A program made the position numbers and the translations under genes. A DNA stretch of 43,233 bases from a virus (taxonomy: Duplodnaviria > Heunggongvirae > Uroviricota > Caudoviricetes). Below are positions 28,126 through 36,341 of this stretch, piece after piece; position 1 is the first letter of the stretch; the number at the start of each line of letters is the position of its first letter. The DNA lies in the IMG/VR virus record IMGVR_UViG_2516143027_000009; one strand, written 5' to 3'. The notes under the pieces were generated by a model. It searched no databases and was not told the origin of the DNA. It saw only the letters and a list, made by a program, of their open reading frames with translations.

Positions 28126-29598
28126 TGCAAAAGGATCATAGTCTGTGATGGCTTTGCCTTGCTGGTTCTGCTGCCCGGGAATTCGCAGACGCTTCGACAC
28201 AGGGAACGCAAACGTCAGCAGTAGCGCATCGCCTTTACCAGGAGAACGCCCAAGTCGCTCTTTGATATCTTCCTTCGGTTCGATAACGATTTTACCGTCC
28301 ACGCGAACTTTGTACTCTGCCGTCGACAGGTCGTCCGCTGTTTCCTGGTCATCCAGCATGCCGCCGAGCCTCAGCCATGTCTTGCATGAGTTGAACATCT
28401 CCCCACGCTTGTTGAGCATCTGCGGGTCAGTAGACGCGCCACCGAACGGAACAAGTTGCCATGTACGACCCCAGCCGTCACCGATTGACTTCAAACCGGT
28501 TCCGTAACCGAAGTCGATGAACACCGCGTCAGCCTGATACTGGTCTTCAAAGTCAGCGATACGCTTCGCCATAATCAGATCGTCGGTAGTCTTGTTGCCA
28601 GTCCACAGCACCTTACTGTGTAGCCCCTGCCGCAGGTATATCACCGCGTCATCAACGCCGGAGTATGCCGGGTCAACGCCGATTATCACCGGAGCATGTG
28701 CCACCTGCGCAGCGGTTACCACCCGTTTCATTGCCTCGTCAGTAAGACCGGTAGGGATAAACTGCAATTCAGATGCATCAGGGAATATGCCGCGCACACG
28801 GATTTTAACGAAGTCGCTGTCTTCCCCGTAGTCATCAACCCATTTCTGCAACTGCTGTTTGTTAGTGCCTTCCACCGTTCGGCTGTCAATCTGCGCAGTT
28901 TTCCAGCGGTGTTTATATTTGCGGAAACATTCGCGGAAACGTCCGGTATTACGCGTCGGGTTTCCGAACGCCACCCAGATAATCTCAGTGTCTTCGTCCG
29001 TTAGTGCACCCTCGGCAACTTCCCACACCAGATCCGCAATGTTCGACGCTTCATCGAATACCACGATGATGCGTTTGCGCTCGTTGTGTAGTCCGGCGAA
29101 TGCCTCAGTGTTGTGCTCAGACCAGGGGATTGCGTCAGCTCGCCACCGCTTGTCGTGTCCAGGATCATTGCTGTACATCGCGGTAGCGGTACAGGTAAAC
29201 CAGTCTTTCGTGATAGCAAGGTTCGACCACTTGATAATTTCCGGCCAGGTCTTCGTTCGTAGCTGGTTGTCGGTGTTGGCGGTCACCACAACCTTACAAT
29301 CCTCGCAAGTGGACATGCCCCAGTTGATCAGCATTGAGATGAATGCGGATTTACCAATACCGTGACCAGAAGCGCGTGCCAGCATAAGCGGCTGATAACG
29401 CGTCTCTGGATTCTGCAGGTGATCACGTATCTCTCGGAACGCATCGGCCTGCCACTGACGTGGACCGGTAGCATGTGCCAGTTCAGTCCCCTCTTCCCCC
29501 CAAGGGAACGCATAGAGGGCATAGCCAAGCGGATCGTGAGTGAACCCTGCAATATCTTCGATTAACTGCTCTTCAGGAGATAACGCTGCATCTGTCAC
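28123..29598 (-). CDS. terL: Terminase large subunit
   Basis: 491 aa; Walker A-like ARASGHGIGKS ATPase motif near the N-terminus; position after terS. Confidence 0.8.
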   Translation of the reverse strand: MTDAALSPEEQLIEDIAGFTHDPLGYALYAFPWGEEGTELAHATGPRQWQADAFREIRDHLQNPETRYQPLMLARASGHGIGKSAFISMLINWGMSTCEDCKVVVTANTDNQLRTKTWPEIIKWSNLAITKDWFTCTATAMYSNDPGHDKRWRADAIPWSEHNTEAFAGLHNERKRIIVVFDEASNIADLVWEVAEGALTDEDTEIIWVAFGNPTRNTGRFRECFRKYKHRWKTAQIDSRTVEGTNKQQLQKWVDDYGEDSDFVKIRVRGIFPDASELQFIPTGLTDEAMKRVVTAAQVAHAPVIIGVDPAYSGVDDAVIYLRQGLHSKVLWTGNKTTDDLIMAKRIADFEDQYQADAVFIDFGYGTGLKSIGDGWGRTWQLVPFGGASTDPQMLNKRGEMFNSCKTWLRLGGMLDDQETADDLSTAEYKVRVDGKIVIEPKEDIKERLGRSPGKGDALLLTFAFPVSKRLRIPGQQNQQGKAITDYDPFA

Positions 29599-30191
29599 TG
29601 ATTGCCATCCTGACGTTCTTTCAGTCTCTTCCTGGCTGCCGCTATGCGATCAGCAATTGTCACATTCACATTAACATCCAGGCGTTCTTTGAATGCATTG
29701 ACATCGACGTGCTTACCAATCAGTTCGAGGTTCTTCACCTTGTCAGGCCATTTAATTTTTTTGAGGATTGTCTCTATCGAATCCTCGTCCATGTTCATGA
29801 TGGTCGATGACAGATCAAAGCCGCTAAGCGTAGTGCGCCAGATTTTCGGCCACTCGCGGATTGGCTTAAGGCTCCCATCGTCGTTGAGGATATCAATCAC
29901 GTCCATCTGGTCGATCTCCACCAGGCGCATGAGAACGTAATCAGCACTGACGCGCATTCGTTTGTTGCGCTCCTCCATCAACTCGGCAATCCGTTTCTGA
30001 ATGCGTTCATCGCGCATCATGACACTGGCTTTAACTGCCGCTGTATTTGGGGAGAATCCTGCATTAATCGCAGCCTGAGTCTGATTTTCAGGCGTTTTGA
30101 TGTATGACTGGCAATAAGCCTCCTGCATTGCTGTTAGTGGCTTAAATTGCGTTGATTTGCGTTTATAGGTTTTAGGTTCAGCAGGCATCAT
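29595..30191 (-). CDS. terS: Terminase small subunit
   Basis: Region AMQEAYCQSYIKTPENQTQAAINAGFSPNTAAVKAS resembles the small terminase DNA-binding domain; start moved to internal Met pair with GGTGG RBS (the ORF extends to 30269). Confidence 0.65.
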   Translation of the reverse strand: MMPAEPKTYKRKSTQFKPLTAMQEAYCQSYIKTPENQTQAAINAGFSPNTAAVKASVMMRDERIQKRIAELMEERNKRMRVSADYVLMRLVEIDQMDVIDILNDDGSLKPIREWPKIWRTTLSGFDLSSTIMNMDEDSIETILKKIKWPDKVKNLELIGKHVDVNAFKERLDVNVNVTIADRIAAARKRLKERQDGNQ

Positions 30192-30196
30192 AACCA

Positions 30197-30230
30197 CCAT
30201 GGTAATAGTTACCGTTGTGGTAATAGTACC
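30197..30230. repeat. Tandem GGTAATAGT(T)ACC repeats directly upstream of terS
   Basis: CCATGGTAATAGTTACC-GTTGT-GGTAATAGTACCATG; half-sites related to the operator but in the opposite arrangement. Confidence 0.5.
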
Positions 30231-30233
30231 ATG

Positions 30234-30260
30234 CAAAATAAAGCCGCCATAGTTGGCGGC
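30234..30260 (-). terminator. Intrinsic terminator between the 30266..30478 gene and terS
   Basis: Minus-strand hairpin GCCGCC-AACTAT-GGCGGC followed by TTTATTTTG. Confidence 0.45.
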
Positions 30261-30265
30261 AGTAT

Positions 30266-30478
30266 TCAAAGTCCATCAAATTCATCGTAAAAACTCTCGT
30301 CAAGATACCCTTCCCATTTACCGCGAATGAAAATTACATCCTCGCCGCAAGGGTGCTGACTGTCGATAACTATATCCCTCCTGGCGCAACCATACTTATG
30401 CATGAGAAATTTAACCTCTTTCGGAAAATTTGCTGAGTTATCTCTCATATCTTCAAGGTCGTAGCGTATTTTTGGCAT
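30266..30478 (-). CDS. Hypothetical small protein
   Basis: 70 aa from Met MPKIRYD with RBS GAAGGTG; the ORF track's upstream extension starts at a GTG inside the palindrome. Confidence 0.5.
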   Translation of the reverse strand: MPKIRYDLEDMRDNSANFPKEVKFLMHKYGCARRDIVIDSQHPCGEDVIFIRGKWEGYLDESFYDEFDGL

Positions 30479-30495
30479 AACACCTTCGTGACATG

Positions 30496-30837
30496 TCACA
30501 CTATTAATTTCGTTTCATGCCAGCCTTTAGTCACCCAGCATTGCGAGTCACCATTACACGGGCATGAATTAACGGGAACTCTCTCGCCGCACTTACCGCA
30601 AAGTTTTCTGCTGATCGATTTTATACGCCCGCGCACACGTGCATCATCCTGGCGGATCAGCAGCGCGATGTACTCGGCCATTTCATAGGGATCGTGACCA
30701 GGGCGCCGGGCGGCGCAGTTCCGCGCCAGCATTTCCTGCTCCTGCTTATCCAGCACCAGTTCAATTTTGCGCTCACCGGCGGCGGACTGCCGAGCGCGCT
30801 GCGCGGCTTTGCGCTCTGCTGCTGATTTAGCCATCAA
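30496..30837 (-). CDS. Small basic protein with C-terminal zinc-finger-like cysteine cluster (possible regulator)
   Basis: 113 aa; Arg/Ala-rich N-terminus; CGKCG...CPCNGDSQC cluster; located just upstream of the packaging genes. Confidence 0.5.
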   Translation of the reverse strand: MMAKSAAERKAAQRARQSAAGERKIELVLDKQEQEMLARNCAARRPGHDPYEMAEYIALLIRQDDARVRGRIKSISRKLCGKCGERVPVNSCPCNGDSQCWVTKGWHETKLIV

Positions 30838-31108
30838 TATTCACCTTTATAGCGAACACCTTTACCGGTTTATCGCCGAAGTGCGGATGTGTGATTGTCT
30901 TGATTTCATATCCGTCATACGGGACGTCAATTCTGCGGCTGGAATCGTCGCGCTTCGGATATCCCTTTGTGATAATCAGGCGGTCATACTCGCGGAACAT
31001 AATTCGCTTATTCCAGTAGTCATTGCACAGGCGATACTCTTCCGTTTTCTCTCCGCGAATCATGGCATCGAAGTATTCACCTTTAACGGCAAGTTGCAGG
31101 TTAGCCAT
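30827..31108 (-). CDS. Hypothetical protein, possibly ASCH/PUA-like fold
   Basis: Strong RBS GGAGGTGAGG before Met MANLQLAV; 93 aa; weak resemblance to ASCH-domain proteins. Confidence 0.45.
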   Translation of the reverse strand: MANLQLAVKGEYFDAMIRGEKTEEYRLCNDYWNKRIMFREYDRLIITKGYPKRDDSSRRIDVPYDGYEIKTITHPHFGDKPVKVFAIKVNIDG

Positions 31109-31368
31109 TACCTCACCTCCAGTCTCCATACCGCCTGACCAATCCGGCTGGCATGGGTATCTTTGGATACTGTTCCGTCTTTAGCCAGCTCCATAAGAAT
31201 TTTGCGCAAATCTGCCGAACGCCATTCTTCATCAGGAAATTCCTTCTCCATTGCCAACCGCAGATTCCAGGTTGCCATCCTGAATGGATATTCCCCGCCG
31301 AGAGCTTTATCTTGCAGGGCAGCCCGGGAACGCATCACCTGCAAAACCTTCTCTTTTACATCCATCAT
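31108..31368 (-). CDS. Hypothetical small protein
   Basis: RBS AGGAGG before the Met-Met start; TAATG overlap with the downstream gene. Confidence 0.45.
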   Translation of the reverse strand: MMDVKEKVLQVMRSRAALQDKALGGEYPFRMATWNLRLAMEKEFPDEEWRSADLRKILMELAKDGTVSKDTHASRIGQAVWRLEVR

Positions 31369-32081
31369 TTCGCCTCCTGCGGCGGTTCTGGTAGCGGCAT
31401 CCAGAACAAGGCGTTCCCTAACCACGATAAAGTGCCGTCGCTCAACTCCACGTATTCCCCTTGTACCTGTCCAGCCATATACTCGCCGTGCTTTGAATAA
31501 ATTAAAATCCAATCATCTTGAGCGGGCATTCGCTCACTACAGCTTATCCAACCATCCGGAGTTACCGGATAGTTGCCAGCCTGAACAGTAGGCATATCAG
31601 GACCTTTGCGAATCGCCCTGGCAAGATCGATTGGGTCGTCGTACAACCAGTCACCTGTTTGCGGATGATTGGCTTCTGCCAATTGTGCAGCCCACTCCAG
31701 GCCGTCTTTGTGTCCTTGCAGATAGTCCAGCGGTAACTCATCACTATTACTTACAGGTTCGGCTTCCAGTTCTGCAATGCGCTTCTCTGCAGCTTCCAGC
31801 TCAACACGCAGCTTCCCTACCGTTAGCGCAATATCCTCGTTCTCCTGGTCGCGGCGTTTGATGTATTGCTGGTTTCTTTCCCGTTCATCCAGCAGTGCCA
31901 GCACGGTTTCTGGTCCGGTCAGAAATTTGAAGGCGTTGAGCGCATCAATATCCACACCGTAATCTTTAAGTTCCTGTTCACTTAACAAATCATCATCAAC
32001 TGGCAACATTAACAGGCGATCCATTGCCGGAATTGCACGCTCTGCCTCCTCACGCAGTGCCTGATAGTCAATCTTGCTCAC
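31365..32081 (-). CDS. Ead/Ea22-like protein with C-terminal DUF551-like domain
   Basis: Acidic coiled-coil N-terminal half; C-terminal DGWISCSERMP...WMPLPEPP resembles DUF551, common in lambdoid early regions. Confidence 0.55.
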   Translation of the reverse strand: MSKIDYQALREEAERAIPAMDRLLMLPVDDDLLSEQELKDYGVDIDALNAFKFLTGPETVLALLDERERNQQYIKRRDQENEDIALTVGKLRVELEAAEKRIAELEAEPVSNSDELPLDYLQGHKDGLEWAAQLAEANHPQTGDWLYDDPIDLARAIRKGPDMPTVQAGNYPVTPDGWISCSERMPAQDDWILIYSKHGEYMAGQVQGEYVELSDGTLSWLGNALFWMPLPEPPQEAK

Positions 32082-32614
32082 TGGTTGCCTCCTTTGCGAA
32101 GCTGGGCAGCAAAGTCAACTAACCACTCAGTCATTTCAACCTTCCCTACCAGGTCTGAACCAGGGTGCATACAGCAATCACTCTGCGCCGCTTTGAAATC
32201 CTTATACTCATATTCTTGGGCCACCAGATTTTTTGCAGCTTCTATAGCAGCATCCACCCCCTGCGCCCGTACTTCAGCCAGGAATGCGTCGGTGGCTGGG
32301 GTGTCTGATTGCAGAGACTTTGCGCGATAGTCATTCCACCCTCTTGCATACATGGGATTAACTTGCACTCCATCTTTTACGCAATATGCCTGACCTCCAC
32401 GGTTGATAACCTTGATTTCGCCCATAGCGCCAGACTTCAGCCCCGCATTCTCCACAGCCAGCGCATTAGCACGCACCAGTTGCACTTCCAGTTGCGTTGC
32501 CAAATCGCTGAGCAGCTTTGCCACACTGCGCATATCAACGGCACCACATTCTGCTTTCAGTTCCGAAGCCATCTCATGCCCGTCGGCAACTAACCCTTTG
32601 ATATTACTTTCCAT
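32078..32614 (-). CDS. Hypothetical early protein
   Basis: 178 aa ORF overlapping neighbours on the minus strand. Confidence 0.45.
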   Translation of the reverse strand: MESNIKGLVADGHEMASELKAECGAVDMRSVAKLLSDLATQLEVQLVRANALAVENAGLKSGAMGEIKVINRGGQAYCVKDGVQVNPMYARGWNDYRAKSLQSDTPATDAFLAEVRAQGVDAAIEAAKNLVAQEYEYKDFKAAQSDCCMHPGSDLVGKVEMTEWLVDFAAQLRKGGNQ

Positions 32615-32675
32615 CTTTACCCTCGCTTATCCACATAACTTATTGATTACATTGATAACTAAAAAGATCGTCGAT

Positions 32676-33023
32676 TCAGAACTCTTCGATGTTCCAGCCA
32701 CCACCTGCTTTCTTTGGTTTAACCGTTACCCCGATGATTCGGAACGGATACTGATCTGCGGCGACTTTGGTTTTCACCCTGGCGTCGTCGGTCCAGAATC
32801 CCCCTTTCACTTCGTGCAGCTCCATCTCGCCGGTGGCGAGCATCACAGCAAAATCGGGCGTATAGAACGTGTTGTCAGCTAACCGCAGCTTGATACCCTC
32901 AAATCGATACCAGACGATTTCTCCTGCACGTTTACGCATCTCAAGGTGCTGGCAATACGCAGATTCTGTTTTGTTCATCTGGCCTGTTTTGAGTCGACCA
33001 AGAGCCTGTATCTGTTTTCTCAT
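32676..33023 (-). CDS. DUF1064-like protein (possible PD-(D/E)XK-type nuclease fold)
   Basis: 115 aa; motif YTPDF...ELHEVKG reminiscent of a D...E.K nuclease core. Confidence 0.5.
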   Translation of the reverse strand: MRKQIQALGRLKTGQMNKTESAYCQHLEMRKRAGEIVWYRFEGIKLRLADNTFYTPDFAVMLATGEMELHEVKGGFWTDDARVKTKVAADQYPFRIIGVTVKPKKAGGGWNIEEF

Positions 33024-33026
33024 GAT

Positions 33027-33103
33027 TTACCTCTGAGGTAATTAAAAACCACATAAGACACGAAATCAATAGAGTTTAGAATATTTTGTTACCCAACAGG
33101 TAA
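33027..33103. promoter_or_regulatory. Two operator-like palindromes (TTACC-TCTGA-GGTAA and TTACC-CAACA-GGTAA; copies 6 and 7)
   Basis: Sites at 33027..33041 and 33089..33103 between the P-like gene stop and the 32676..33023 gene start. Confidence 0.5.
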
Positions 33104-33140
33104 CTATCAAGACATAAAAAAATGCGCTATCGCGCTGGTA

Positions 33141-33917
33141 TTACTTGATAAATCCTGCCGCCTTTCCCCGCCTGTATTCCTCCATCAGCCACTGCGCCGG
33201 TGTTATTCCCCCCAGGGTGGCGGCGTTAGGCATGCACCCGAAACTTCGCCCTGGCGGGTGGTAAACGTCTCTCCCTGTGTCCGGAGGCGTACTCATGGGT
33301 TCTGGCTTTGCCTGTATGCTGATCACCGGATCGGGTATCTGCTGTCCGGAAGCCACCTTTTTCGCCCAATCATCGAGCAGCCTGCGCGCGTGTTTCTCAA
33401 CCTCAATCTCGCTAAGCTGGCGCTGATACATTGCACGGCGGGTATCACATACGACCCAGTACATAACCGGATGCCGCCACGGGAATCTTTCGGGACCACC
33501 AGGATATAAACTTTTTTCCTTGCTGTACCGGTGAAACTCCGCCATCACATCGTCAATGGTGACGCCAAGAACCATCTTGCTGTCTTTACACCACTTGATG
33601 AATTGCCCTGGCGACGGCCAGAACGGAGACTCACTGGCGCGGGCGTGGCGCATACCAGCGTTAACCTGTTCCATTGTAGTGATCCCATTCTCCAGAAACG
33701 CAAGCATCCATTGCTTACGGAATTCATTAAGTTTGTTCTGCTCCCTTATGGTCGAAACGCTTGCAGGAAATGCAGCCTGTAACTGGACAAATAGTTCATT
33801 GAAAATTCTAGCGACCTGCTCCTTTTTGCCATTGCTGTCACGCCGCTCTTCATGCACAGCAACACCATACTCACGTAAGCGATCGTACTCATTGAGAAGT
33901 TCTGGAGTTGATTTCAT
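33141..33917 (-). CDS. Replication protein P-like (helicase loader)
   Basis: Segment FPASVSTIREQNKLNEFRKQWMLAFLENGITTMEQVNAGMRHAR...PSPGQFIKWC aligns by eye with lambda P. Confidence 0.75.
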   Translation of the reverse strand: MKSTPELLNEYDRLREYGVAVHEERRDSNGKKEQVARIFNELFVQLQAAFPASVSTIREQNKLNEFRKQWMLAFLENGITTMEQVNAGMRHARASESPFWPSPGQFIKWCKDSKMVLGVTIDDVMAEFHRYSKEKSLYPGGPERFPWRHPVMYWVVCDTRRAMYQRQLSEIEVEKHARRLLDDWAKKVASGQQIPDPVISIQAKPEPMSTPPDTGRDVYHPPGRSFGCMPNAATLGGITPAQWLMEEYRRGKAAGFIK

Positions 33918-34719
33918 CCCACACCCCTTCTATCCAGTCAGTGTTATTCCAGTCAAGCTCATCGCTTTTCCCGACGTTTTTTGATTTTCCCCTGATATGA
34001 TTTACGTGCCTGGCGAATTTTTGTTCCCACTGAACCTGCGTGAACACTTTGCCCTCAGCCATCCAGTAATCCCGGAATGCAGCAAGTTCAGCAGGTGTAA
34101 ATTCCGGTTCCGGCAGGGCCGTTCCCCACAGCGCAGCACGCCGTCGAAAATCCGGCGACGGATGCCAGCCATCGGTCATCGGAAATTTCCCAATAGGTTC
34201 ACTCAGGCCATCCAGAAATGCAGGTTCTGCCACCTGCAACGGCGTACCGTTCGCTTCACTGGTCGGAGCACCCTCGCGCACGTGCGCTATGTGTGGGGTT
34301 TTATATATATCTTCCTCTTCCTCTTCCTCTGGTAACTCCTTTTGTAACGCTGTTGGCGTTACTTTTTGCGTTACTCGTTTTCGATGCTCTGCCACTCTTC
34401 TATTCGTAAGTGCACGTTTTTTCGATGATTCTCCATTATGTCGCTCAAAGTTTGGAAGAATTAGTTTGCCGTCATGATAAGCAAGCCATCCGACGCTAAT
34501 GAGGGCGTCAGCAAATCCTGTAATAAAAGCGAGTCTATCAAGTACTCCTTTTGTAACGCTGCCAGCGTTACCGTCTATTGTTTGCTGGTCAGCCCATGCC
34601 CATATACGAACCAGCTTTCCAAGAACAGCATCTGGATCAATACCCAGAATTTCTGCTATCTGAAAAATTTCAGGTTTATCAGGAGTGATAACTTCAACCT
34701 TAATCCAGCTGCTTGCCAT
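33889..34719 (-). CDS. Replication initiation protein (O-like) with C-terminal DnaT-like domain
   Basis: Position upstream of the P-like gene; acidic linker EEEEEE; C-terminal FTPAELAAFRDYWMAEGKVFTQVQWEQKF resembles DnaT-type domains; start Met uncertain. Confidence 0.6.
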   Translation of the reverse strand: MASSWIKVEVITPDKPEIFQIAEILGIDPDAVLGKLVRIWAWADQQTIDGNAGSVTKGVLDRLAFITGFADALISVGWLAYHDGKLILPNFERHNGESSKKRALTNRRVAEHRKRVTQKVTPTALQKELPEEEEEEDIYKTPHIAHVREGAPTSEANGTPLQVAEPAFLDGLSEPIGKFPMTDGWHPSPDFRRRAALWGTALPEPEFTPAELAAFRDYWMAEGKVFTQVQWEQKFARHVNHIRGKSKNVGKSDELDWNNTDWIEGVWDEINSRTSQ

Positions 34720-34912
34720 AGGTTTCCCCTCTTGCACTCTTTAGTGCACAAGCAAATTCATTACGATGGCGGTTGGCGCTATTCATTGCACATTCAACAC
34801 ATGTTCCGTTCAGAACATACCTTTCAGAGAGATGGCCGTGACGGCACCGCTTTCCTGTGAAATAGCGATTTAACCCGGCTTTTGCGGCCTCCATTCTGGT
34901 TACTATCTTCAA
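34700..34912 (-). CDS. Small cysteine/histidine-containing protein in the cII position
   Basis: 70 aa; C-x15-C-x2-C with His residues; between the tR1-like terminator and the O-like gene. Confidence 0.45.
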   Translation of the reverse strand: MKIVTRMEAAKAGLNRYFTGKRCRHGHLSERYVLNGTCVECAMNSANRHRNEFACALKSARGETYGKQLD

Positions 34913-34990
34913 TTTTTCCGCCCCTTTTTGTTATTGATATTGGCTATTTTGCACAATTGGAAAATTTGATCAACCAGATTTGGTTTTTTA

Positions 34991-35005
34991 TTACCTTTGA
35001 GGTAC
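34991..35005. promoter_or_regulatory. Operator-like variant TTACC-TTTGA-GGTAC (copy 8)
   Basis: One mismatch in the right half-site; between the Cro-like gene and the next gene. Confidence 0.35.
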
Positions 35006-35011
35006 GAATAG

Positions 35012-35039
35012 ATATGAAAAGACCGCCGGGTGGCGGTCT
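35012..35039 (-). terminator. tR1-like terminator hairpin after the Cro-like gene
   Basis: Minus-strand hairpin AGACCGCC-ACCC-GGCGGTCT followed by TTTTC. Confidence 0.45.
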
Positions 35040-35060
35040 ACAGAGGGTTGTAGCTGGATA

Positions 35061-35291
35061 TCATGAGTAGAAGAAGTATGCCAGTTCTGCTTTTGAGCGC
35101 AGCCATTGTCTTGTTTTACAGGCTTTAAAAAGCCCATTCATCAATACCTTACCTGGCATTTTGCGCTTGCCTGTTAAGTGAGTCTGGATATAGTGACTCG
35201 TCGTTCCGGCTTCCTGTGCGAAGGCTTCACGCTCATCCGGAGTAAGTGCAAGCCAGTGCTTTTTGAAATCGAAATGTCCGTTATCGCTCAT
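35061..35291 (-). CDS. Cro-like HTH DNA-binding protein
   Basis: 76 aa; HTH-like segment EAFAQEAGTTSHYIQTHLTGKR; divergent from the repressor across a three-operator region; followed by a terminator and the O/P-like genes. Confidence 0.55.
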   Translation of the reverse strand: MSDNGHFDFKKHWLALTPDEREAFAQEAGTTSHYIQTHLTGKRKMPGKVLMNGLFKACKTRQWLRSKAELAYFFYS

Positions 35292-35327
35292 AGCTATTGC
35301 CTGATATTTATTTCAGATAATAAATAT

Positions 35328-35390
35328 TCACCCATAAGGTAACAAAAATCAAGGATGGTTACCTATGAGGTGCATTTACCTGTTGGGTAA
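35328..35390. promoter_or_regulatory. OR-like region with three operator palindromes between Cro-like and repressor genes
   Basis: TCACC-CATAA-GGTAA (35328..35342), TTACC-TATGA-GGTGC (35359..35373), TTACC-TGTTG-GGTAA (35376..35390). Confidence 0.65.
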
Positions 35391-35445
35391 TATTGCTTTA
35401 AATTGAATCATCTACTGATTCATATATGAGGCGATTTTCCAGAAA

Positions 35446-36030
35446 ATGAAAAGTATCCAGGACGTCCGCAGGCAAAATCTCAACGACTTGATCGACCGTG
35501 AATTCAATGGTGTTCAGACGCGGATGGCAGAAAAACTTGGAACTCAGGCAAATCTGGTAAACCGCTGGGCTCTTGGCAAGAAGGTTATCGGCGACCAGGT
35601 TGCGCGAAAAATTGAAGCTGCCGCCAATAAACCCCGTAACTGGCTTGATATCGATCGCTCGCTTTCTCAGGAAGGTTTTCAGCCTGTCGGCCCAAGCGAC
35701 ATTGGTCAGCTGGCGGCTCACAACCTGGAACGCTGGATGAGCGAAAGCCGCGACCTTTCAACACAGGGAAAACTTCACCGCGCATCCGGCGTCGCCCAGG
35801 TGACAATCAGCCGCCTGTTAAACAATGAGGTCAGCGTTTCCATTTCCACCCTGGAGAATGTTGCATCCGCATTCGGGCGTCACGGATATGAACTACTGAT
35901 TCACCCGCACGACCCTGCGACTATCAACTATGACCGCTCACGCTACGCATTGTTACCCGAAACCGAGAAAGCAAAGATCGAAAGTTACATTGAATTTGTC
36001 ATCAACCAGAACGAAAAAAGCAAACAATAA
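35446..36030 (+). CDS. Immunity repressor (CI-like), dual HTH, no S24 peptidase domain
   Basis: N-terminal HTH (TQANLVNRWALGKKVIGDQVARKIEAAANKPRNWL) and a second HTH-like segment (ASGVAQVTISRLLNNEVSVSISTLENVASAFG); no Ser/Lys autocleavage motifs; flanked by operator clusters. Confidence 0.65.
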   Translation: MKSIQDVRRQNLNDLIDREFNGVQTRMAEKLGTQANLVNRWALGKKVIGDQVARKIEAAANKPRNWLDIDRSLSQEGFQPVGPSDIGQLAAHNLERWMSESRDLSTQGKLHRASGVAQVTISRLLNNEVSVSISTLENVASAFGRHGYELLIHPHDPATINYDRSRYALLPETEKAKIESYIEFVINQNEKSKQ

Positions 36031-36050
36031 AACTATATTTTTCAGTAAGT

Positions 36051-36075
36051 AAGCCGCCTCATGGCGGCTTTTTTA
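36051..36075 (+). terminator. Rho-independent terminator after the repressor gene
   Basis: Hairpin AAGCCGCC-TCAT-GGCGGCTT followed by T7. Confidence 0.65.
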
Positions 36076-36087
36076 TTGCCATCAAGA

Positions 36088-36164
36088 TTACCTTATGGGT
36101 AATTTTTTTAACTCATATCTATTGACATCAAACCAAATACGCATAATCATTACCTCAACGGTAA
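36088..36164. promoter_or_regulatory. OL/PL-like region: two operator palindromes flanking a TTGACA promoter
   Basis: TTACC-TTATG-GGTAA (36088..36102); TTGACA at 36122..36127 with CATAAT about 15 bp downstream; TTACC-TCAAC-GGTAA (36150..36164). Confidence 0.6.
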
Positions 36165-36182
36165 CAAGCCGAGGTAACAAGT

Positions 36183-36332
36183 TATGCAGTGGAAAATCAT
36201 CAACGGTTGGTACTGCGTTACTGCATGCGGATTCATGAGCTGGAAGTTCCGCACCTTACAGGAAGGCATCAAGTGGGCTTTCGTCAGCAAAGAAGCTCGC
36301 GATGTGGCAAACGATAACGAGATATGGGAGTA
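36183..36332 (+). CDS. Small hypothetical protein, first gene of the early-left operon
   Basis: RBS GAGG 8 nt before ATG; 49 aa; below the ORF-track length cutoff. Confidence 0.35.
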
Positions 36333-36341
36333 GGTTAGCAA

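Noticed and set aside
34882-35070. 62-aa plus-strand ORF
   Set aside because: Overlaps the tR1-like terminator hairpin and an operator variant; no RBS.
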